From Convolutriloba macropyga (taxonomy: Eukaryota): a DNA stretch of 64,000 bases. The notes under the pieces are model-generated. The model did no database searches and had not been told where the DNA came from. It saw nothing but the letters and a program-made list of their open reading frames with translations. Position 1 is the stretch's first letter. Every line of letters begins with the position of its first letter. Where the stretch lies: positions 38,440,001 to 38,504,000 of the forward strand of contig NC_134481.1 in NCBI RefSeq assembly GCF_964194025.1, in the 5' to 3' direction. Shown here piece by piece: positions 26,429 through 37,949 of this stretch. The translations under genes were made by a program, and so were the position numbers.

Positions 26429-28926
26429 AGTCATATATTCACCAGAAGGGACTAGGGGTATTATTAGGTATTAAAGAAACAGCGGGTATCCAACTGTTGG
26501 GACATATGCTAATTACTCAATATCATGGGTCTTTTTTGAATTGGGTATATATTGAATTAGAAATTTTATTGTAAAATTGTGAATTGGGTATATAATGAAT
26601 TGGGTATTTTGATGCAAAAATTTGAATTTAATTATTTTGTTTGAAAAAAAATGTTTTACTAAAATAGTTTTTAATCAAAGATTTCGTTTTTTACATAAGG
26701 TTTTTAACGAAAAATGTAAATTTTAATGTTTTTTTTTCTATTTTTCCATTTTTCAGTTTTTGAAGTTTTTCCAATGTAAAATTTTCAATTTTATTGTTTT
26801 TATTAAAAAATATTGTTCTACTAAAATAATTTTATTTTCAAAAATGTCGTTTTTTACATAAGGTTTAACAAAAAATGTAAATTTTGTTGTTTTTTGTTTT
26901 TCTATTTTTACATTTTTCAGTTTCTGAAGTTTTTCAATGTAAATTTTTTAATTTAGTTTTTTTTCATTAAAAAGTGTCGTTTTACTAAAATAATTTTTTT
27001 TCAAAAATGTCGTTTTTCACAAAGTTTTTAACAAAAAATGTAAATTTTGTTTTTTATTTTTCTATTTTTGCATTTTTCAATTTTTGAAGTTTTTTAATGT
27101 AAAATTTTCAACAATTATTTTTTTATTAAAATATGTCGTTTTACTAAAATACTTTTTTTTTCAAAAATGTCGTTTTTTACATAAGGTTTTTAACAAAAAA
27201 TGTAAGCTTTGTTGTTTCTATTTTTCTATTTTTACAATTTTCAGTTTTTGGAGTTTTTTCATGTAAAATTTTCAATTTAGTTATTTTCATTAAAAAGTGT
27301 CGTTTTACTAAAATAATTTTTTTTTCAAAAATGTCGTTTTTCACAAAGTTTTTAACAAAAAATGTAAATTTTGTTGTTTTTTATTTTTCTGTTTTCACAT
27401 TTTTCAGTTTTTTAAGTTTTTTAATGTAAAATTTTCAATTTATTTACTTTTTTTCATTAAAAAATTTTGTTTTACTAAGAATTTTTTTTTTCAAAAATGT
27501 CGTTTTTACATCAGGTTTTAACCAAAAATGTATTTTGTTGTTTTTTATTTTTCTATTTTTCCATTTTTCAAATTTTGAAGTTTTTTCATTTACAATGAAA
27601 AAACTTCAAAAGCTGAAAAATGGAAAAATAGAAAAATAAAAAACAACAAAATACATTTTTGGTTAAAACCTGATGTAAAAACGACATTTTTGAAAAAAAA
27701 AATTCTTTTAGTAAAACAAAATTTTTAATGAAAAAAGTAAATAAAATGAAAATTTTACATTAAAAAATTTAAAAAACTGAAAAATGTGAAAACAGAAAAA
27801 TAAAAAACAACAAAATTTACATTTTTTGTAAAAAACTTTGTGAAAAAACGACATTTTTGAAAAAAAAATTATTTTAGTAAAACGACACTTTTTAATGAAA
27901 AAAATAATTAAATTGAAGATTTTACATGAAAAAACTCCAAAAACTGAAAAATGTAAAAATAGAAAAATAAGAAACAACAAAGTTTACATTTTTTGTTAAA
28001 AACTCATGTAAAAAACGACATTTTTGAAAAAAAAAGTATTTTAGTAAAACGACATATTTTAATAAAAAAATATTTATTGAAAATTTTACATTAAAAAACT
28101 TCAAAAATTGAAAAATGCAAAAATAGAAAAATAAAAAACAAAATTTACATTTTTTGTTAAAAACTTTGTGAAAAACGACATTTTTGAAAAAAAAATTATT
28201 TTAGTAAAACGACACTTTTTAATGAAAAAAAACTAAATTAAAAAATTTACATTGAAAAACTTCAGAAACTGAAAAATGTAAAAATAGAAAAACAAAAAAC
28301 AACAAAATTTACATTTTTTGTTAAACCTTATGTAAAAAACGACATTTTTGAAAATAAAATTATTTTAGTAGAACAATATTTTTTAATAAAAAACAATAAA
28401 ATTGAAAATTTTACATTGGAAAAACTTCAAAAACTGAAAAATGGAAAAATAGAAAAATAAAAAACATTAAAATTTACATTTTTCGTTAAAAACCTTATGT
28501 AAAAAACGACATTTTTGAAAATAAAATTATTTTAGTAGAACAATATTTTTTAATAAAAAACAATAAAATTGAAAATTTTACATTGGAAAAACTTCAAAAA
28601 CTGAAAAATGGAAAAATAGAAATAAAAAACATTAAAATTTACATTTTTCGTTAAAAACCTTATGTAAAAAACGAAATCTTTGATTAAAAACTATTTTAGT
28701 AAAACATTTTTTTTCAAATAAAATAATTAAATTCAAATTTTTGCATCAAAATACCCAATTCAATATATACCCAATTCACAATTTTACAATAAAATTTCTA
28801 ATTCAATATATACCCAATTCAAAAAAGACCCATGATATTGAGTAACTAGCTTATGTCCCAACAGTTGGATACCCGCTGTTTCTTTAATACCTAATACCCC
28901 TAGTCCCTTCTGGTGAATATATGACT
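26429..28926. repeat. ~2.5-kb imperfect palindrome (3-nt loop at 27591-27593) whose arms are tandem ~163-bp AT-rich units
   Basis: AGTCATATATTCACCAGAAGGG at 26429 is the reverse complement of the sequence ending at 28926. Centre reads AAGTTTTTTCATT-TAC-AATGAAAAAACTT. CAAAAATGTCGTTTTT recurs every 160-166 bp. The right arm has one extra ~168-bp unit. Confidence 0.93.
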
Positions 28927-28939
28927 CATTCTAACAAAT

Positions 28940-29432
28940 TTGTTGTTAAGGCACTATCTTGCTAATCCCTTTCGTGTGAACAACTTGGGTATCATGCTGT
29001 GAGGTACGTCTTTGGAATCTGACATTAGTAAAGTGCAACGTGATAAGGGTAAATGATCTAACTAATTTTTGAAGGCACTATCTTGCTAATCTCTTTCGTG
29101 TAGCATCTTGGGTATCATGCTGTGAGGTACGATTTTGAAAATTGGCATTGGTAGAATGTATTATGGTAGGGGGTCAATGACCTCACTGATTTGTTGTTAA
29201 GGCACTATCTTGCTAATCCCCTTCGTGTGAACAGCTTGGGTGTCATGTTTTGAGGTACGTCTTTGGAAAATTACATTATTAAACTGCAATATGGGAATGG
29301 GTAAATGACATTACTAATTTAATATTTAGGGATTATCTTGCTAAACCCCTTCGCGTGAACAGCTTGGGTATCCTGCTTTGAGGTACGTCTTTGGTATTTG
29401 AGGTAAAATGGGCTATACGTAATCTTTATACA
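28940..29432 (+). repeat. ~127-bp tandem array (4 units)
   Basis: The unit core ATCTTGCTAATCCCCTTCGTGTGAACAGCTTGGGTATCATGCTGTGAGGTACGTCTTTGG recurs in units starting at about 28950, 29074, 29201 and 29329. The array ends in AAAATGGGCTATAC. Confidence 0.92.
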
Positions 29433-30002
29433 TTATCATTTTTATATTTTTTTAATGTTTTTTTGTTTAAAACTAATTTTTTACGGCACTATCTTGCATT
29501 GTTTCACATAAAAAATAATGAAAAACGAAAAAAAATTTTTATATGAAGTTTTAAACAAAGAAACGTGTATATTGTTTTTTTTATTTTTTGGTTTGTTAGT
29601 TTTTGATGTTTTTAAGCTACTTTTGTTCAATTAAATTTTTTTATTGTTGTTTTTTCTTAAAATACACGTTGACTCAAAATATCGTTTTTGACATAAGGTT
29701 TTCAACAAAAATTGTGTTTTTTAATTTTTTCTCCTTTTCAAATCTCCAGTTTTTGAAGTTTTCGAATATTTTTTTTAATTTAGTTTTTAAGATTTCATTT
29801 CACTGTGACCTTTTAAACTGAAATTTCTTGGTTCCCAATATCTATTATTATTTGGAAAACTAGTCAATTTCTAGCATTATTCTGCCATCATATAATCTGC
29901 AGCGAGCTAATCATATTCCAATGGGACCTTTCTCTGATTTAAAAAGTAGTAAAATAAGAACAATTACAAAACGATCTCAAATACAATTAGAAATTACAAA
30001 TA

Positions 30003-30470
30003 TTATACGTTATCAAAATGATCAAGAGTCCAAATTCCGAAAGCATAAGCTTTCTTCTCTGCACAGTGAAAGGTTTTTTCGTGTCGATACGGATAGTTGC
30101 TGCAATCCCAGTCAGTATCCAAATTGTTGAGAAGTTCGGAAATTTTTGGACAACCAAGATCATCTAGATTCTCCACATCTTTACACAAGTAATTTGAGAG
30201 GAGATTACATTTCTCCAACCCTTTCGCAAGATATTCTGTTGTAGGTGAACAATAAATGTGAATGACTGATGACAACTCAATATATTCCAGTTTTCCACTG
30301 CTCCAATTGATCCCATGTAAATTTTTAGTGTTCCACTTTGCTTGAAAAGTAGGTTGGTAGTCTTTGGGTGGCAGGAAACTGAATCCCAAAACAATTCCGT
30401 CCTTGAAAACACCCAACTCCTTAACAATTTTCCCCTCCAAGCACTCAATATCAAATACAACGAGAGACAT
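30003..30470 (-). CDS. 155-aa putative DEDD/DnaQ-like nuclease-fold protein of the type carried by Polintons and related viruses
   Basis: Intact ATG-TAA ORF with VFDIEC, VKELG, FLPP, HGINW, KGLEK, NLDDLGCP and a C-terminal C..H...HCA motif. Family assignment is by motif recall. Confidence 0.65.
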   Translation of the reverse strand: MSLVVFDIECLEGKIVKELGVFKDGIVLGFSFLPPKDYQPTFQAKWNTKNLHGINWSSGKLEYIELSSVIHIYCSPTTEYLAKGLEKCNLLSNYLCKDVENLDDLGCPKISELLNNLDTDWDCSNYPYRHEKTFHCAEKKAYAFGIWTLDHFDNV

Positions 30471-31259
30471 TCCTTTTTCTAGATTACAATATCAAAAAAT
30501 GATTAGCAGTCTAGTCTTCTGAAAAATTGAGGATGGAAAAGTTTAATAAGAACAAAAAAGATTAACCCAGTTAACCCATGAAACATGAGCTGAGAAAATT
30601 TGGTAACATGTAACATTATCCTGGACCCTTCGGCAGAATCGTGCAGTACAGCATGTAATCGAAAAACTTTCAATCTAGTAAAGAAAAAGTCAAGAAAGGA
30701 ACTTGCTTAACCAATAAGTCCTCCATGAGAAAATTTTTGGTCATTTTATTCGGAATTTATATTTTTGTCCCATATTTTACAGGCTGATAAGAAAGAGTTT
30801 TTGCGTTTTTCATTTTCGGGAAACCATGAAAGTATGTTTCCGTAAAAATTGAATATGTTGACAAGAATAAAACTACCAAAAGATATGACTGGAACTACTA
30901 CTTTTGGTAGTTACTTTTGGTGAATTGAGCAAAAGATGAGATCTGGAAGCAGAAAATAAGAAAACCTGGATGAATAAGGGTAACTGAACAATGTAAGGGG
31001 AAAGAAACAAATGACTGAAATATCTTGAAAATTAACCTCGATATATCGAGCCAATGAAACTTAATTAAAACACAGAAGAATTGGGAACAACAAACCTCGT
31101 AGCCGATAAGATCTTATAAAACATTTTGTTAAGTCAATGAAAGTTGTGTAGAAAATGATTTAGTGTTTGTCATTTCTGTTTTTAGTAAGGTCACGTGATG
31201 TTAGTAATGAGTTTTTCATTAGTCAAGTGAGGGAGAGTATAGCGAGGCATACCAGCAAG

Positions 31260-31694
31260 CTAGATTGTACTAAGGTTGGTTCCGACAGACTTTAGTGAAG
31301 TGTTTTTAACAGCCGACGCTCCCTGTACCTCTTTCTTTGCATCTTGCCCAGTTTCCGTAGAAAAACACGACAAGGGAGCTGTCTGGTCAAATTTTTTCAT
31401 GCCAAACTTGGGGTCAATTGCGTTTTCTTCTTCTCTACTTGCAATAAAACTCTCTGTCAGTGACAGTGACCCATTTTCCCACTCGTCACAATCCTTATCA
31501 GGTTTCTGCAAATTTTCAAAGTCGTCAGACAAACACCAGAGGAATTTAAGTTCTCTCTCCTGCTCAAAAAATCCGAGTAAATTTTTATACATTGGTCTAT
31601 AAGACAACTCATAGTCACAAAAATGTCCACGGACGAATCTGCTTAGTTCCATGTTGTCTGAGACTTGTAAAGTTTTGTTTTGGATGTGGGTCAC
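31260..31694 (-). CDS. Hypothetical 144-aa ORF inside the putative Polinton remnant; probably the 3' part of a disrupted longer ORF
   Basis: Coding-like composition in AT-rich surroundings, co-oriented with 30003-30470, non-ATG start, no recognised motif. Confidence 0.35.
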   Translation of the reverse strand: MTHIQNKTLQVSDNMELSRFVRGHFCDYELSYRPMYKNLLGFFEQERELKFLWCLSDDFENLQKPDKDCDEWENGSLSLTESFIASREEENAIDPKFGMKKFDQTAPLSCFSTETGQDAKKEVQGASAVKNTSLKSVGTNLSTI

Positions 31695-32139
31695 ATGATT
31701 TCAATGACCCCATACTATACCTAGGTATCTGTAATTCGGTAATTGTGGTAATCATACGTCTTAGTTGACCTACATTTTGTTGAGCGGCTCCCGTGCAAGG
31801 ATGAAATCACCTAATTGTCCGTATTTGCGAAGACAGTATGATGTGATTTTTTTGGTATTAGGACTTAATTGATACATTTTACGACTAATTTCTAACGATA
31901 GTGAAAAATTCCTGATAAATTTGTGCTCATAAAACCTCTATCGATCACCTGAGAAGATTCGCTCTTACAAAAGAAGATGTCAAAGGTTGATGTTTGTAAG
32001 ATCACTAAATAATTGGATTGACAGAATGAATTTAAATAAATACAGATGATGGCAAGTTGTATAATTTTTGATATATTTTGGATAAATATTTGATAAAATT
32101 TTGTTATATTGCTTATAATTTGGTTGTTTTTCGACAATA

Positions 32140-32830
32140 CTAAAGAAAATTGGGTAAAATTTGAGTATTTTTGACAAGATTCAGCTACTTTTGGTAAATA
32201 TAAGTGGCAGGAATTGGACAGTTTTTAATAGAATTGTTTCGGTTTTGATAGGAATTAGGTTTTTTTTGGCAAAAATGTAGTTTTTTTTGGTAAGAAATGG
32301 CTATTTTCAACCTGTATTGGTTAATTTCTTTTAAGGTTTTGGAAAGTGTTTGTCAGAATTGGGCATTTTTTTCAAGAATTGGGGATTTTTTTTTTATCAA
32401 GAATTGGGTTTTTTGGCAAGAATTGGGCATTTTTAAGCAAGAATTTGATATTTTTTGGCAATAATTGGATAATTTTTTGTAATAATTGGCTTTTTTTTGG
32501 CAGCAATTGGGTACTTTTTAGCAAGTTTTGTGTAGTTTTTAGACAGAATTGGGTATTTTTTAGCATGAATTGGGTAATATTTTTGCATTTTTTGCGTATT
32601 TTTTAGATAAAATTGGGTATTTTTGGCATGATTTGTGTTTTTCTCAAGAATTCGATATTTTTAGCAGGAATTGGATATTTTTGGCAAGAATTGTGTTTTT
32701 TTAAGCAAGAATTTGGTATTTTTTGGTGATAATTGGATAATTTTTGGTAACAGTTGTCTATTTTCGGCAAGAATTCGGTACTTTTTAGCAAGTTTTGGGT
32801 AATTTTTAGACAGAATTGGGTATTTTTTTA
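32140..32830 (+). repeat. ~20-21-bp minisatellite (about AAGAATTGGGTATTTTTTAGC)
   Basis: Repeated GAATTGG(G)-T-run units. The GAATTGGGTA core also occurs in the palindrome arms (26538-26610). Confidence 0.85.
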
Positions 32831-32844
32831 TCTACGCGGGATAA

Positions 32845-34050
32845 TATTATTAAGGGATTATCTTACTAATCTACTTCGTGTCAACAGCTTGGGTATCATG
32901 CTGTGAGGTACATTTTTGGAAATCACGTAAGCCGTACGTAACTGTAAATGAGTCACCCTATCTAATTTAATATTAAAACATTACCTAGCTTATCTCCTTT
33001 GTGTGAACAGCTTGGATATCATACTGTGAGGTGCGTCTTTGGCAATTGACATTAGTGAAGTGTAATATGGGAATGGGAAATTGACCTTCTTATTTTGTTA
33101 TTAAGGGATTATCTTGCTAATCCCCTTCGTGGGAACAGCTTGGGTATCATGTTGTGAGGTACGTCTTTGGAAATTGACATTAGTAAAGTGCAATATGGTA
33201 GGGGGTAAATGACCTTACCGATTCGATGATAAGGCACTGTCTTGCTAATCCCCTTCGTGTGAACAGCTTGGGTATCATGGTGTGAGGTGCATTTTTGAAA
33301 AGTCGTACGTAACTGTAAATGACTCATCCTAAATTATTATTAAAGGATTATCTTGCTAATCCCCTCGTGTGAACAGCGTGGGTATCCTGCTGTGAGGTAC
33401 GTCTTTGGTAATTTACATTATCAAAGTGTGTAAAATGGAAGGGGCTCAATGCACTATCTTACTAATCCCCTTCGTGTGAACAGCGTGGGTATCATGCTGT
33501 GAGGTACGTTTTTGGGAATTTACATTAAGTGTAAAATGGTAGCGGGTCAATGACCTTACTGATTTGTTGTTAAGACACTGTCTTTCTAATCCCTTTAGTG
33601 TGAACAGCTTGGGTGTCAAGCTGTGAGGTACGTCTTTGAAAATTTACATTATTAAAGTGCATTACGGTAGGGGGTCAATGCCCTTGCTGATTTGTTGTTA
33701 AGGCACTATCTTGCTAATCCCCTTCGTGTGAACAGCGTGGGTATCATGCTGTGGGGTACTTTTGAAAATCACGTAAACCGTACGTAAGTGTAAATGAGTC
33801 ACCCTATCTAATTTAATATTAAAACATTACCTAACTGATCCCCTTTGAGAGAACAGCTTGGGTGTCATGCTGTGAGGTACGTCTTTGGAAATTTACATTA
33901 TTAAAGTTGAATATGGGAATGGGTAAATGGCCTAATTTAATATTAAGGGATTAACTTGCTAATCCCCCTCGTGTGAACAGCGTGGGTATCAAGCTGTGAG
34001 GTACATCTTTGGGATTTGAGGGAAAATGGGCTATACCTAATGTTAATACA
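32845..34050 (+). repeat. ~105-128-bp tandem array (~10 units), same family as 28940-29432, two interspersed unit variants
   Basis: Same core. One variant carries ACATTAGTAAAGTGCAATATGGTAGGGG and the other carries CGTACGTAACTGTAAATGA. It ends in AAAATGGGCTATAC like the first array. Confidence 0.93.
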
Positions 34051-34406
34051 TAGGTACTTCCTTTTACCCCCCCCCCCCTGTCTTGCTTAACTATTACTAC
34101 TAATGTCATATATATTGTTGGTAATATTCTGATCAGTTTCAAAATACATTTAGTGAACTCCATTATGAGTCTAGCTACCTTCGCTTAATGACATCTGAAA
34201 TTGACGCACGTTTGGTTTTTCTGACCAAATCTTGAAAAAATAGAATAAAATTCGTCAACCCTTATCCTTTAAACGCATTCAAGTCCATTCATGGGAAAAA
34301 TTCCAATAACACTTCTAAACAAACAATTGAACATTTTAATTCTCTATTATATAAAAAAGAGGAAAAGGCTTTCCTCTCTCGAAAAGAGCTGAATTTGATA
34401 ACCAAC

Positions 34407-35270
34407 CTTCACGACATGCCTGAATCCTCGTTGAATCCGATGTTGATCCTGCAACCTTGCTCTTACAACTTGGTATGGATAGGTCAAGACAACAGCAAAT
34501 AATTTCGAAGACGCTGAAAAGAGCAAATACCACTTGGTGGCCAACTTGACTGAATTCGTATCAACGTCGAACTTCCTCGAGTACCACTTTTTCATTTCTT
34601 CATAAGCCATGAATTGAAAGGCTCCATGTGAGACACCGAGCAAGCCCGCTGAAAACCCACTATAAAGACCTCGTATTCCTTCCAACTTGTAGGTTTTAAC
34701 CAGACAATCAACAAAACCTCTGTATAAAACTTGACTTCTCGGTTTTAATAAGCTTTCACTGGCTGCGTGATTTGATTCATATTGCAAACAAAGTCTAGTT
34801 TTTGTCACCCAGATTGGGTTAGTCAAAGCCAGAGTAACAGCTCCGGATTGTGCGGCAGATAACATGTGCATTCCAGGTGATAAACTTTTAACACTTGTTC
34901 CGTTCTTATTTTTGCCGTAAATTTTCTTGGACGCATTGTAAAAGTAAAAATAAAGTCCCCATGAAGCGCTAGCACCTATGATGTTAGGAGTGACTCCTTG
35001 ATAGAACCCGAAAACACCTCCGCCCGAATAAATAGACTTGCAAATGTGGCGAATGCTTTCATAGTAAGGTCTGTTCTTGAAGCCATCGTTGACAGCCAGT
35101 CTTATTTTGACAATGTCGAGAGGATGGCAACATAAAGTGGACACGACGCCTCCCGTGACACCAGAGACCAAGTCCACTGCTTTGAAGTTGAGCAGGAAAT
35201 CACCCAATGCATATTTAGGGACCTGCATCAAGTCCACTATCTGAAATGGCACCTTATCACACAGTTTCAT
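34407..35270 (-). CDS. SLC25A32: Mitochondrial folate/FAD carrier (SLC25 family), first coding exon; C-terminal exon not found in window
   Basis: Three carrier signatures (HPLDIVKIRLAV, NPIWVTKTRLCLQY, YPYQVVRARLQDQH) plus GFYQGVTPN, WGLYFYFYN and GVSHGAFQFMAYEEMK. Homology stops at the likely donor AAG|GTTGGT (34407/34406). Confidence 0.9.
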
Positions 35271-36659
35271 CTGTGAAAGAATTTATGAACTAGTTACATT
35301 CCGCCCCGTTCAATCTACGATAGATTATTTGCCCATTTAAAATGGTGTATTAATTTTTATATCAAATTCGACCTCTTATTCGGCACACAAAGCATAATCA
35401 GTGCAACAAGCTTTAGTTTGTTCACAGTCTTATGAGAAAAGAAATGTGCACGACGTCAAAGGCGGCTAACGAATTCTCCAGAAACAAGATTTATTTAGGA
35501 ACACTAAACGAACTTAAAAATATACTAAATTTTGAGTTTTTAAGACTGAAGCTCCAAAGTCAGGTGAGTCGTTTGTGGAGCAAAAATGTAAAAGCCGACG
35601 TTCAAAGCCAGCTAGTTCCGCTGTGGTCATTTTAATAACCCATTTGCTCAGTCCATAAATATTGAATGTCGGAATACGCGCTCCCAAATAAGAAAAATTG
35701 GAACTCGACATCAATCAGTTTTTTCAATCAATTATATTTCACTTCACAAACTGCATTCAAAAGACCTAGTTTAGTTACTGACTGCATTTTAGCTAATGAG
35801 ATGATCACATTTCGTTTCCACATATGATCATCAAAAACTGCTGAGGCTAGCGGTTGATGTCTTTAACGCATTTTCTTTGTCTACTAGTGGAATTGGAGAC
35901 AGCAGTATTAACTCTGAAGCAAATTCCATTAATAGTAAGTTATAACAAGCCGAAATCAAATAAAATTGTTTTTCTATTAAAAAGAACCATTTTATGAGAC
36001 AAGAAAATGAAGATTCGTTGAATGTCATATTTCATTACTCTGTCATTTTAGAAATTTCCTGCCAACGCAAACTTTGGATTCCACATTGAATACAAATAAG
36101 TCAACATTATACAACAGTCAGCAAAGCACGCTTTAAAAAATTCTTTTTGAAATTAAGCAATTCTATAGTCCTCCATTTTCTAGACCTTGAAATGAATTGC
36201 AAAGCTTGTAGAAAAGCTTAATGTCAAACCATCATATGTAATTTCTAGGAAGAGAAGCAATTTGACTATAGATAAAAAATAAGACCATTTATAAGAACTA
36301 TAGAGCAAAGCCAAAATTGCGTTCTTGGACCTTTTCTGGGGTTCGACGTGTTCAAAGAAAACAATGACTATTTCATGTCCTGGTGGCAGCATATCAGCCC
36401 TGGACTGAACCAATTCTTAAAGGGTTCAAACAAAATAGAAACAACAGGAAACTTATAATATTTATGGTGGGTCCACTGAAATAATTGCACGAAAACTAAA
36501 TCAAATGTTACAAGAAGGCTTAATCAGTGCTAGAGATGTACAGTTAGATCTATGCAGAGGATGGGCTTCACCACGAGCATGCTCACATGCAAGAGCCAGC
36601 ATCGGATTTTAGACTCGTTATTTCAAACTGAAACGGTTTGTACTCTGCGGTTGGCCATA

Positions 36660-37080
36660 GAGAAATATAAACCGACCAACTTGAAATGAATTGCTCAAAT
36701 GTCAGGCGTAGGCAATTTAATTTACAGGGAGTGTAGCTTAGAAATGTTTTATGCTTCCAAAAACTTCAGCCCCAACAGAGGTTTGTACCCCATAACCTTC
36801 AGGATGCCACTCCATCATAACCACTAAGCTACAATGCCGTTGATTCTTTTTCGCTCACAATCATTTTTATATTAGCAACAAACTTTATTTCAGAATGAGA
36901 GCAACTTAGACCACTGGAAAATGAAGAACTGAAGCGTTAAAAGAATGTTCAGACCCAAGAAGTCAAAGAATGTTCTCGAACAAAAAAAGCAAAAACTGTC
37001 AAGCAAAAATTGTGCATAAAAAACGAAAATAATTGTTTCAAACTTTGTTCGAGAGCAATTAAAAAATCTATCGTGATTTT
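36660..37080 (-). repeat. Dispersed repeat with an embedded degenerate tRNA-like segment (copy 1)
   Basis: Aligns with 42575-42905 (TTTTATATTAGCAAC, GAAGTCAAAGAATGTTCT, GAGCAATTAAAAA). Minus strand 36838-36770 has A-box TAGCTTAGTGG and B-box-like GGTACAAACC. Confidence 0.65.
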
Positions 37081-37146
37081 AACTCAATTTGACTGCTCAG
37101 TCTTTCCACTTATTGCATGTGGTTTTATATTTCTTCACTTCGCGAT

Positions 37147-37570
37147 AGGGCTAAATATTGTCGAAGACTTCAACTAATAGTCGAGGCATTGTGTGAGTAT
37201 CGCTGGAGAATTAGCTCGACAATAATAGGCTAAGTAAGGCTGAGGAGTATTACTTTTCTCATAGAAAACATACAAAGCGGCTCGCTGGTGGGCAATGTGT
37301 CAACCACTCTGATCTATAATTTTGTCTCAATTGTCTACCAACTGAATCAGAGATAGACGTCTTTTAAAGAAGTCGGTCATTTTTTATAAAACTTTGATAG
37401 ATCCTTAAAAAAGGACAGACGTCTACACTAAACTGCATCAGTTAGGGCTGAATATTGTTAAAGACATCAACTAATAGTCAAGGAATTCTGCGAGTATCGC
37501 TGGCTAATTAGCCCGACAAATGACCGGTAAGAACTGAGGAGTAATACTTTTCTATCAGAAAACAAAAAAT
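37147..37570 (+). repeat. Diverged ~130-bp direct repeat pair (~297-bp spacing)
   Basis: AGGGCT.AATATTGT..AAGAC.TCAACTAATAGTC...GAGTATCGCTGG..AATTAGC.CGACAA...CTGAGGAGTA at about 37147 and 37444. Confidence 0.8.
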
Positions 37571-37658
37571 GAGTGTCCGCTTAAGATCGAGTAGTCACAC
37601 TCCCATAGGTTTGACAAATTCGATAATGCCGTGAAGAAAAGTTGTATCTATTGTTTCG

Positions 37659-37802
37659 CCCCCCCCCCCCCCAGCTTAGTGAGCATAAATCTTTTTATGA
37701 CCCCTAGGCGCACGTGCTATTTTCTTACCTAGTAACGTGCTATATAGCAACATATAATTTGTAAGTGGGGGTCATAAAAAACACTGGGGGGGGGGGGGGG
37801 GG
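37659..37802. repeat. Small inverted-repeat (MITE-like) element
   Basis: poly(C)AG...TTTTTATGACCCC mirrored by GGGGTCATAAAAA...CT-poly(G). Confidence 0.6.
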
Positions 37803-37949
37803 AACAGAATAGGTCCGAGACATTCAACCAAACTCTGAGTTAAGAAACAGTAAAATACAGATTAACTACTATTCCACATAATGGAAATTTTATTAAAAAC
37901 ATGAGAGGAAGGTTTAAAAACAATTGAAGAGCATTGCTGAATATTAGTC

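Larger units (their letters stand above)
26429..34101. mobile_element. Putative Polinton/Maverick-derived non-autonomous remnant (right terminus at 34101)
   Basis: The minus strand from 34101 reads AGTAGTAATAGTTAAGCAAGACAG(G)n and then enters tandem arrays. It contains an ORF resembling small DEDD-like Polinton cargo proteins. No pPolB, integrase or ATPase is seen and the left terminus was not found. Confidence 0.55.

Noticed and set aside
26209-28104. ORFs spanning the N gap and Phe/Lys-rich ORFs in the palindrome
   Set aside because: Artefacts of Ns and low-complexity T/A tracts.
28940-34050. Conserved-core plus variable-spacer arrays as a CRISPR array or hammerhead retrozyme
   Set aside because: The context is eukaryotic, the spacers are homologous to each other and there are no cas genes. 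CTGTGAG..GAAA lacks the CUGANGA core and supporting stems.
33951-34163. ORF MEFTKCILKLIRILPTIYMTLVV superficially like the missing SLC25A32 tail (FYKG..PNLIRVTP...TFVV)
   Set aside because: There is no in-phase acceptor without a stop, key Gly/Pro residues are absent, and the LVV codons come from the AGTAGT element terminus. Judged coincidental.
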